Origin: Chloroflexota bacterium
Lineage (GTDB): Bacteria; Chloroflexota; JAJPGV01
Assembly: GCA_021325635.1 (NCBI GenBank)
Contig: JAJPGV010000056.1
Span: 67,037-131,036, forward strand
Length of the DNA stretch: 64,000 nt
Direction: 5' to 3'
Shown here one piece after another: positions 56,793 to 64,000 of the stretch. The translations under genes were made by a program, and so were the position numbers. How positions within the stretch are numbered: position 1 is the first letter of the stretch; each line of letters opens with the position of its first letter. The notes below the pieces were generated by a model. It saw only the letters and a list, made by a program, of their open reading frames with translations, searched no databases and was not told the DNA's origin.

Positions 56793-57915
56793 TCCTTTCT
56801 GTGGTTGCCACCGATTGCCCCGTTCGGGCCTGTCGGTTGGTTTCGATGAGGTCTCGGAAACGGCGTTCGCCGTCGGGCTGGCAGGCCAGACTGTTCAGGT
56901 CCAGGCCGTCGGGCAGACGGGCGGGCTGGAGTCGGTCGCCCAGCTCCACCGCGAACCTGGCGGCCGCTTCGTGGCCGGCGCCATCGCCGTCAAAAACGGC
57001 ATGCACCATCTCGGCCATGGCCAGGAAGCCAAAGCGATCGGCCGGCATTCGTGTGCCCGACACGCAGCAGGCAGCGAAGTGCCAGGTCAGCGCCGTGAGG
57101 AAGTCGAAGACGCCCTCGCACAGGATCACCTCACGCTGCCCGGCCGCGCGTTCCAGGCCCAGCACCGGCCGTTCGCCCGGCAGCGCCAGGTACTTCGGAC
57201 CGCGTTGCGACTGGCAATCCGCCGGGTCGCGGTTCGCGAGGACGCGGCCGATGAACCAGATGGGCAGGCCCCAGCGCAGCTCGGGTACGACGATGCGTCC
57301 GCCCAGCACCTCGCGCCTCGGCCGGTGCTCCCTGCCCGGGTCGGCGGGCCAGATCAGGCCCAGCTCCTCGGCCAGCTGCAGCTGTGGCTCGCTGGTCAGC
57401 GTGGCGGCGAAGGATCGGCCATCCGAGTAGCCGATGGCACAATCGCGGATGACCCGGTCGGACAATCCGCGCCGGCGCACATAGCTCAGGGCCGCCTCGT
57501 CGTGCCACAGCAGGCGCTCATACACCCGTGTCGCGTGGGTCATAAGCGCCTGCTGGTCCAGCGTGAGTCGCTCCCACCTGTGCTGGCCACGCGGTTGCGA
57601 ACGCGCCTGCCACTCCCGGGCCGGAGAAGGCGGCCGGGCTTCGATCCAGGCGCAGGCAGCCTTGAAGTCCAGCCGTTCCTTCAGCTGGACTAGCTTGATC
57701 ACGTCGCCGCCGACGCCGCAGCGGTAGCAGTACCAGCTGAGGTCGAGCGGATAGACGTACAGGTTGGGACGGCCCTGGTCGTCGTGGAGCAGGCAGCGCC
57801 CGACCAGCGCCCGCCCGACAGGGCGGAGGTCGACGCCGTAGCTGGCCACGACGTCCTCGACGCGATGGCTGCGCTTGAGGGTCGCGACATCGATGAGTCG
57901 GTTGTCCTGACGCAT
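56767..57915 (-). CDS. DnaG-like DNA primase (CHC2 zinc finger + TOPRIM)
   Basis: CLLHDD...WYCYRCGVGGDVI, GRIVVP, PKYL, EGVFD, FDGDGAG. Start at ATG 57915. Confidence 0.88.
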   Translation of the reverse strand: MRQDNRLIDVATLKRSHRVEDVVASYGVDLRPVGRALVGRCLLHDDQGRPNLYVYPLDLSWYCYRCGVGGDVIKLVQLKERLDFKAACAWIEARPPSPAREWQARSQPRGQHRWERLTLDQQALMTHATRVYERLLWHDEAALSYVRRRGLSDRVIRDCAIGYSDGRSFAATLTSEPQLQLAEELGLIWPADPGREHRPRREVLGGRIVVPELRWGLPIWFIGRVLANRDPADCQSQRGPKYLALPGERPVLGLERAAGQREVILCEGVFDFLTALTWHFAACCVSGTRMPADRFGFLAMAEMVHAVFDGDGAGHEAAARFAVELGDRLQPARLPDGLDLNSLACQPDGERRFRDLIETNRQARTGQSVATTERNEHHASSR

Positions 57916-59759
57916 CACGCCGCCTCCAGGTCTCCGCCCATCGCACCGGGCGGCTGGGGCTCCGAGGCCTGGGCCAGCTCCTGCGGCGAGGTGGTGACCA
58001 GACGGTGCTCCAGTGGCGCCGCTTCGACCTGCAGGGGTACGTGCGAGCCCCGCGCGAAGAACAGCCCCTCTCCCTTGCCGGCTCCGAGCAGAAACTGGCG
58101 CTCCTGGTCGGACAGCTGGAAGGCTTCGACGACCGGCCCGATCGTGCTCGAGTCCTGCTTCATCAGCAGTTTGATGGCGGCGTTGGTCAGCACCGTCCGG
58201 CCGTGGACCGAGTCCAGGAAGTCGCTGACGTCCTGGGTGACCGTTACCAGGCCGAGGTAGTACTTGCGCGCCCGCCGCGATAGGCTGGCCAGGAAGGCAC
58301 CGCCGGCTTCGTACTGCATCAGCTTCCAGGCCTCGTCGGTGATGAGCAGCCGCGGCCGCCGCGAGCGGCGCACCTGGGTCCACACGAAGCTGGTGATCAG
58401 GTGCACGCCCAGCGCCTGCAGCTCCTCTTCCAGCGCCTGGGTGTTGAAGACGACCATGCTGCGGCTGAGGGCCACGTTGGTCGGACCGGCGAACAGGCCG
58501 GCCAGTGACCCTTCGGTGTAGCGCCTGAGCCGTCCCGCCAGGCTGGCGGGGATGTCGCCCGCGGTGCTGGCCAGGACGCGGCCGAGGTCGCGCATGAGCG
58601 GCACCGGCCGGTCATGGGTGGCCGGGTCCGGCGTGATACCCGCTTCGGCGTAGGCCTGATACAGCGCCCGGTCAAGGACGGCCCGCTCGTGGGTGTCGAG
58701 TGAGCCCTGGCGCTCGGCCAGCATCAACTCCAACAGGCTCAGCACGGCGGCCACCTGCTCGGCCAGCGGATCGCGTCCTTCCTCGTCGTCGCTGGCAGCC
58801 GGCGGCAGGTCGAACGGGTTCAGGTGCTGGCCCGACGAGCTGGCCAGGCGGATGTACTGCCCGTCGGCCGCCGCGCAGACGCGCCGGTATTCGTCCTCTG
58901 GGTCAATGACCAGGAAGTCGACGCCGGTGAACAGCGTGCGCAGCGCCAGCAGCTTGCTGAAGTACGACTTGCCGGCCCCGCTCTTGGCGAAGACCACCAG
59001 GTTGGCGTTCTCCAGCGACTGGTCGAACGGATCGAACAGGATCGGCGAGCGGTTGTGGCGATTGACCCCGAAGAACACGCCGTCCGGCATCGACAGCGAG
59101 CTGGAGGCGAAGGGGAAGGTCGTGGCCAGCGAGCTGGTGTCCAGGTTGCGATAGACGAGCAGCTGATCCAGCGCCTGCGGCAGACAGGATTGAAAGCCCG
59201 GAGCTTGCTCCCAGGTGGTGACCCGGGAGGCCGCCAGCATGCCGCCGATGGCCACCCTCACCCGCCGGCTCAGGTCGTCCAGCGCCGACTCCGAGCCGGC
59301 TCGCAGTAGCACGTAGATGCTGACCGAGAACACCCGTTCGTCGCCCCGCTGCAGCGCGTCGCGCAGCCGCTCCATGTCCTGGTAAGCGATCTCGCGCTCG
59401 CTGTCGGGAATGCGCTTGTTGCGAATGTCGATCTGACGGGACGACTCGAGCTGCACCATGCGGTGCGTCAGGGTCTTGACCATCTGCGCGCTCTCCAGGG
59501 GATGCACGTGGAGACTGATCTCGATCGGTTCCTCGAAGTCGATGAGTGGGCTGAGCCAGCCAGGCGCGACGGTGCGCGGGTAGCCGGTGACCGCCAGGGT
59601 GCGAACGTACTGGCCATCGAGGCGCATGAGATCGCGCCGGACCTCGATGCTGCCGGGGGCGATGACGTCGGCCTCCGTCCGGCTGCCGTTGGCGAAGCGC
59701 TCCTCGTCGTTGGTGAGGCCCACGCGGACCGTGGGGCGGCGTTTGAACCGCAGAATCAT
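57915..59759 (-). CDS. VirB4-like conjugative ATPase
   Basis: AKSGAGKS Walker A, VIDPEDEY, LNPFD, ITDEAW Walker B, RRARKY, VTQD. Confidence 0.92.
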   Translation of the reverse strand: MILRFKRRPTVRVGLTNDEERFANGSRTEADVIAPGSIEVRRDLMRLDGQYVRTLAVTGYPRTVAPGWLSPLIDFEEPIEISLHVHPLESAQMVKTLTHRMVQLESSRQIDIRNKRIPDSEREIAYQDMERLRDALQRGDERVFSVSIYVLLRAGSESALDDLSRRVRVAIGGMLAASRVTTWEQAPGFQSCLPQALDQLLVYRNLDTSSLATTFPFASSSLSMPDGVFFGVNRHNRSPILFDPFDQSLENANLVVFAKSGAGKSYFSKLLALRTLFTGVDFLVIDPEDEYRRVCAAADGQYIRLASSSGQHLNPFDLPPAASDDEEGRDPLAEQVAAVLSLLELMLAERQGSLDTHERAVLDRALYQAYAEAGITPDPATHDRPVPLMRDLGRVLASTAGDIPASLAGRLRRYTEGSLAGLFAGPTNVALSRSMVVFNTQALEEELQALGVHLITSFVWTQVRRSRRPRLLITDEAWKLMQYEAGGAFLASLSRRARKYYLGLVTVTQDVSDFLDSVHGRTVLTNAAIKLLMKQDSSTIGPVVEAFQLSDQERQFLLGAGKGEGLFFARGSHVPLQVEAAPLEHRLVTTSPQELAQASEPQPPGAMGGDLEAA

Positions 59760-60469
59760 GCTGAGACCTTCCTTTCTTCAAGAGGCGATGCGGCTGTGGT
59801 TGCGTCCGGACGCCTGGCCTGCACGACCAGCGCGGTCGGGTCGCCGTGCTCCAGCCGGGCCCGTTCCAGACCGGCCACGTCGGCGTTGAAGCAGGCGTGA
59901 AAGAGATCGAGCAGCTCGTCGCCGGTCAGCTGCCGGGCGCTCAGCCCGCAGCGAGCCAGCTGCCGCGTGATCTCTTCGCAGCGGAAGCCCAGCTGTTTGC
60001 GCGCGGCCTCCTCCGCCTCTTCGTCCAGCCGAAGCCGGCGCTTTCGTCCAAACGGCCACCAGCCAAGCTGTCGCGCAGGGGCGTCGGCCGGCACGACGCA
60101 GTAGAAGTCGCGGTCGAGCAGGGTGCGCTGGCTGGCTTTGCGGTGCAGGTAGGCGGCGGTATTGTGCGCGACCTCAGCCAGCGCCGGCGGAAGATCGAAG
60201 CGAGCCCGCCGATCCAGCCGAGCGAGGTAGCCGTCGATGTCGACCGGCAGCACCCGGATCAGGGTCTGGGTGGGATAGGTCAGGGTGTTGAGAAACCCGG
60301 CGTAGCCCGCCAACAGCGCTTCCTGGCCCGTCTCGCCACGCAGCCCGAGACTGACGCTGCTGACTGCCAGCACCGATCGGAGCTGCCCGGTCGTCAGGCG
60401 GACCACGCCGCCGTTGATGTCGTCGAGCCGGACGTGGACTTCCTGGACGGAAGCGAACCGGCGGCTCAC
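59756..60469 (-). CDS. Conjugation protein resembling a VirB4 N-terminal domain
   Basis: GVVRL...SVLAVSSVSLGL...FLNTL.YP.Q...FYCVVP...GLSARQL; sits between prgI and virB4. Start at GTG 60469. Confidence 0.7.
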   Translation of the reverse strand: MSRRFASVQEVHVRLDDINGGVVRLTTGQLRSVLAVSSVSLGLRGETGQEALLAGYAGFLNTLTYPTQTLIRVLPVDIDGYLARLDRRARFDLPPALAEVAHNTAAYLHRKASQRTLLDRDFYCVVPADAPARQLGWWPFGRKRRLRLDEEAEEAARKQLGFRCEEITRQLARCGLSARQLTGDELLDLFHACFNADVAGLERARLEHGDPTALVVQARRPDATTAASPLEERKVSA

Positions 60470-60843
60470 TTCTTCCCCTTCTTCCACGACAGACGGGGCG
60501 TCATCTCCTTCCAGGCGCTGCCCAGCAGCCGCCAGGCCGCCACGGTCGGCCGGCGGGGCCGCCAGACGGCGATGTGCGGAATGAAGCGCGAGCGCAGGAA
60601 GACGATCGCCCACTCGTCCAGGCCGCGGTCGCCCGGTCGAATGAGCGCCATCGCCACGGCCCCGATGATGTTGACGACAACCAGCAGCACGCGGACGGTT
60701 GCTGGCCATCCTGGAAACTGCATCCAGCCGGCGTAGGCACCGGCAAGACCGCTGACGAGATACATGAACTGGCGGACGGACAGCCCGAAGAAGGCCTTAT
60801 CCGCAACGTTCAGGTGGGTTGGGATTTCGTGTCGAAGCGACAT
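60466..60843 (-). CDS. PrgI family (VirB3-like) protein
   Basis: HEIPTHLNVADKAFFGLSVRQF, two TM helices, RGLDEW. Confidence 0.85.
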   Translation of the reverse strand: MSLRHEIPTHLNVADKAFFGLSVRQFMYLVSGLAGAYAGWMQFPGWPATVRVLLVVVNIIGAVAMALIRPGDRGLDEWAIVFLRSRFIPHIAVWRPRRPTVAAWRLLGSAWKEMTPRLSWKKGKK

Positions 60844-60852
60844 GACCGACCC

Positions 60853-61089
60853 TTACGCCCCACCGATGGCATTGCGCACCATGCCGGCGATGATTCGGGC
60901 GGAAAAGACGATGACCAGTCCGGCCAGCGCGCTCTGCATGGCCGTCTTGCCGCGCTCCATCTGGTGCGGGCTGTCCGCCGCCGCCATATAGAGGTAGGCG
61001 CCCCACATCAGGAAGAAGGCGCCGATGGTGGCGCCTACGCCGGTGCCGATGTTCAACAGGTTGGTGAACAGGGTGTTGATGGCATCCAT
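60853..61089 (-). CDS. VirB2/TrbC-like pilin
   Basis: 78 aa, two hydrophobic helices around YMAA...ERGK; AAAGGAGG RBS. Confidence 0.78.
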   Translation of the reverse strand: MDAINTLFTNLLNIGTGVGATIGAFFLMWGAYLYMAAADSPHQMERGKTAMQSALAGLVIVFSARIIAGMVRNAIGGA

Positions 61090-61191
61090 GTCGAAAGACC
61101 TCCTTTCAAGAGCCCTCTGAAAACTGCGTGTGTCTGTTCGGGTTTCGCGGAGCGCCGCCGAATTGCGGCGGGCCGCGACGCACTTCGAGGG

Positions 61192-62103
61192 TCATGTGCG
61201 CACCCGCCCGCCACCGGCGTAGTGCTCGAGCCAGTAACCGCTGAAGACCGGCATCTCGCGCACGACGTCACCCTCCGCCGGGGCATTGATCATTCGGCCG
61301 CCGCCGACGTAGATGCCGACGTGGGTGATCCGATCCAGGCTGAAGTAGGTGCTCTGAAAGAACACCAGGTCGCCGGGCCGTAGATCCGCCTGGTCGACCC
61401 GCAGCGTGGCGTCAAACTGCTGCTGGGCGGTCCGTGGCAGGCCGAAGCCGAGCTGGCGGTAGACCCACTGCACCAGGCCGCTGCAGTCGAATCCGCCGAA
61501 CAGGCTGGCGCCGCCCCAGACGTAGGGCCGGCCAATCTGCGCCCGGGCCAGCTCGACGGCTTCGGCCGGACGAGCGCCAGGCGTGACGTAGCCGTAGCGA
61601 ATGGCCACGGCCAGCACCTCGTTGACGTACCAGTTGGCGTGGTTGTAGGCGTACAGCGCGGCTGGCAGGTTCTGGGGGCCACCGTTGGCGCACAGATAGC
61701 GCGCCATGGCCGGCAGGGCGTCGTGATAGTCGTAGGGGTCGCCGCCGGCGCCGTACGCGGCCCAGCTCGACGGCAGGAACTGCCCGTAGCCGATGGCTCC
61801 GGCGCTGGACGTGGCCATGTTGCGGCCGAAGTCGCTCTCGACCTTGGCCACGCCGGCCAGCGCCTGCCAAGGCAGCCCGCAGCTCGCCGCAGACGACTGC
61901 ATCACGGCCAGCTGATCGGGTGGAACGACGTCCACGCTGGCCACCGAGATCGGCTGGCCCGGCGCGAGCAGGGTCAGCGCCGTCATAAAGGTGCTGATGG
62001 CGAAGGCCAGCGCCAACAGGACCGCCAGCAGCAGCCCGGCGCCGACTTTCAGGGCGTCACGACCCAGGCCGGAGAGGGCCAGGGCGAGCAGCGGCTGTCC
62101 CAT
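61192..62103 (-). CDS. Bifunctional lytic transglycosylase/NlpC-P60 hydrolase (VirB1-like)
   Basis: KVESDFG...SSAGAIGYGQF...AYNH, then PYVWGG...FDCSGL...HVGIY. Start at ATG 62103. Confidence 0.92.
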   Translation of the reverse strand: MGQPLLALALSGLGRDALKVGAGLLLAVLLALAFAISTFMTALTLLAPGQPISVASVDVVPPDQLAVMQSSAASCGLPWQALAGVAKVESDFGRNMATSSAGAIGYGQFLPSSWAAYGAGGDPYDYHDALPAMARYLCANGGPQNLPAALYAYNHANWYVNEVLAVAIRYGYVTPGARPAEAVELARAQIGRPYVWGGASLFGGFDCSGLVQWVYRQLGFGLPRTAQQQFDATLRVDQADLRPGDLVFFQSTYFSLDRITHVGIYVGGGRMINAPAEGDVVREMPVFSGYWLEHYAGGGRVRT

Positions 62104-63230
62104 CACAGCACCGCCGCCGCGCCGGCCGCCGCCAGGGGGGGCGATGAGGCCGCTGCGCTGCCGCCCGCCGCAGCGCCAGATGCAGCCGCGCCCGACGAAG
62201 AAGAGCCACCGCGGGACTCGAGGAAGTGGGCGCCCTGGCGGAACGCCACGTACCGCCCAAAGCCGAAGCCACCCCCGCTGTGCTCGTGCATGATGCCTGG
62301 AATCCGGAGCGTCTGAGTGACGACGGCGATGCCGAGGAACACCGCCAGCAGGGCGGCGTCGGCAAACATTGGCGCCAGCTCGGTCATGAGTGAGGCGCCC
62401 AGCTTGAGAGCCAGCACCTGCACGAACTGGACGAACACCGCGCCGGTGAACGTGCCCCACCACAGCCGCGCCCAGGACTCGGTCTGGGGCAGCACCCAGC
62501 ACAGCAGGCCTATCGGCGCGGCGACGATGAAGATGTCGATCAGCGCCAGACGCATCAGCATCTGCAGCAGCAGAATCAGCCCGGCGACGATGTAGACAAG
62601 CGCCGCCAGGACGTTGGCCAGCGCCTGGCTGGCGGTGTCGGCCTGCTGCCAGGCTGGCAGGCTGGCCTGGCCAACCGCGCCGCACAGCGCGTTGTTGAGG
62701 TCAATAAGCAGTCGCACCCACCAGCTGCTGGTGTTGACCAGCAGAGCCCCGAGAAAATAGCGGGGCAGCATCTCCATGACGTCGTGGTAGGTCGAGCCCA
62801 GATGCTGCCGGACGATGACGTTCAGCCCACCCCACAGCGCTACCAGTGCCAGCGCGGCGTTGGCGATGTTCCGAACGGTGCCCCACAGTGACTGGACCGT
62901 TGGACTGTCGTAGGTCCCAGCCGGCGGCGTCTGGCTGATGAAGTTGAGCGAGCTGGCCAGCACCGAGTTGATGACCGACCGCAATCCGTTGGTCAGGCCC
63001 TGCATGGTGGTCACGAGGACCTGGCTGAAGACGTCGTCGGCCCACTGGCGCGGATCTGGCAGCAGGCCCTGCAGACCGCCGTTGGCGTCCGGAGCCGGAT
63101 TACCGGCCGGACCACTGCTCGCCGCTGGCTGCGCGACGGTTGGTTCGGCCGCGTAGGCCGGGGTTCCGCACCACACGCCCGCCACGACGACCAGCGCCAC
63201 CAGCGCGGCTGTCAGGCGCGCCCTGGTCAT
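62103..63230 (-). CDS. VirB6/TrbL-like conjugative membrane protein
   Basis: Signal peptide, multiple TM helices, RLALID...AAPIGLLCWVLPQT..WARLWW; T4SS context. Confidence 0.8.
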   Translation of the reverse strand: MTRARLTAALVALVVVAGVWCGTPAYAAEPTVAQPAASSGPAGNPAPDANGGLQGLLPDPRQWADDVFSQVLVTTMQGLTNGLRSVINSVLASSLNFISQTPPAGTYDSPTVQSLWGTVRNIANAALALVALWGGLNVIVRQHLGSTYHDVMEMLPRYFLGALLVNTSSWWVRLLIDLNNALCGAVGQASLPAWQQADTASQALANVLAALVYIVAGLILLLQMLMRLALIDIFIVAAPIGLLCWVLPQTESWARLWWGTFTGAVFVQFVQVLALKLGASLMTELAPMFADAALLAVFLGIAVVTQTLRIPGIMHEHSGGGFGFGRYVAFRQGAHFLESRGGSSSSGAAASGAAAGGSAAASSPPLAAAGAAAVL

Positions 63231-64000
63231 TGCGGGCCACCCGGGCTGAACCGCACCAGCCAGTAATTCAGCTGACTGTCGGCCAGCTGCGAAGAGTCGC
63301 GCAACGCTATGAGCGCTGCGCTGCGGTCTGCGTCCCAGCGGACACCGGCAAGCTGACCGGTCAGCGGCATCGTTGCCAGCGGTTGCAGCGGGCCGGACGA
63401 GCCCAGGACGTAGGCGGCCACGCCCGGTCCTTTGCGAGGCTTGCCCAGAACCACCAGGCTGCCGTCGTCGCGCCAGGTCGGGTCCTGCGCGTCGAATACG
63501 GTCACCTGCTGACTGCTGGTGGCGTCGGGGTCCGTCGTGAACAGGGCGGTATGGGCCTGCCCGCCGAACAGCCGATCGACCTGGTTGAGTGCGATGAGAC
63601 CGGGTCCGGAATAGGCGACGCGGCCGCCGTCCGCCGTCCAGGCCACCGGGGCGAAGAGGGTCGAAGAGCCGGCGTCACCAGCGAGATCGGTCACATTGCG
63701 CAGACGGCCGGAAGCCGTATCGAGCAGGCACAGCGAAGCCACGGAGCCGCTCTTGACCAGGAAGGCCACCCGACTCGACGATCCCCAGACGTAGCTACCG
63801 GGGATGACCTGAGAGGGCAGGGCCGCGAGCTCCCTCGGCTCACCCCCGTCGACGGGCACCCACAGCAGCCGCGTCCTGGTGCCCCCACCATCGGTGAGCT
63901 GGCGCTGGCTCGCGACGAGCAGGTGGGTGCCGTTCGGCGCCCAGCTGATGTCGGCGATCTGTTCCGGCTGGCCGTTATCCGAGCCGGATGAGACTGGGCG
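63227..64000 (-). CDS. Beta-propeller (TolB/PD40-like) protein, 5' end beyond the window
   Basis: Repeats such as ISWAPNG, VAWTADGGRVAY, PTWRDDGSL; coupled to virB6. Confidence 0.6.
   Translation of the reverse strand, partial: RPVSSGSDNGQPEQIADISWAPNGTHLLVASQRQLTDGGGTRTRLLWVPVDGGEPRELAALPSQVIPGSYVWGSSSRVAFLVKSGSVASLCLLDTASGRLRNVTDLAGDAGSSTLFAPVAWTADGGRVAYSGPGLIALNQVDRLFGGQAHTALFTTDPDATSSQQVTVFDAQDPTWRDDGSLVVLGKPRKGPGVAAYVLGSSGPLQPLATMPLTGQLAGVRWDADRSAALIALRDSSQLADSQLNYWLVRFSPGGPQ

Larger units (their letters stand above)
50638..64000 (-). mobile_element. Integrative conjugative element (partial; extends beyond the right edge, left boundary unresolved)
   Basis: Contiguous, mostly translationally coupled minus-strand T4SS, coupling protein, relaxase, xis and int genes. 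Confidence 0.88.

Overview
GC-rich bacterial window; gene content fits a Terrabacteria lineage such as Chloroflexota or a relative (inference only). (1) 1-10381 is core-like: pnp (truncated at the left edge), rpsO, a PIG-L/MshB-type deacetylase, thiE, a co-transcribed caa3-type oxidase plus Rieske/cytochrome b-c cluster, and tRNA-Glu(CTC). (2) About 10400-50600 is a mosaic accessory region with pseudogenes and many tiny ORFs. It carries a LysM amidase/GerMN pair, TetR and PadR regulators, KimA-like, KhtTU-like, NRAMP-like and AmtB transporters, an IS21 with a 4-bp target duplication, an Rv0081-like ArsR, a mycobacterial Sdh1-type succinate dehydrogenase, a six-gene hyf/Ehr-like group 4 hydrogenase-related complex and higBA. 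(3) 50638-64000 is part of an integrative conjugative element: tyrosine integrase, excisionase, tandem-domain Replic_Relax relaxase, VirD4, primase, VirB4, PrgI, pilin, SLT/NlpC hydrolase and VirB6. Three observations stand out. The hydrogenase-like large subunit keeps all four Ni-Fe cysteines while its small subunit has three of four proximal-cluster cysteines replaced (Asp/Glu/Ser). An AT-rich motif recurs upstream of the ArsR, Sdh1, hyf and several micro-ORFs. An MgtL-like proline-rich leader peptide precedes the NRAMP-like transporter. All family calls come from motif recognition by eye; no database searches were run.
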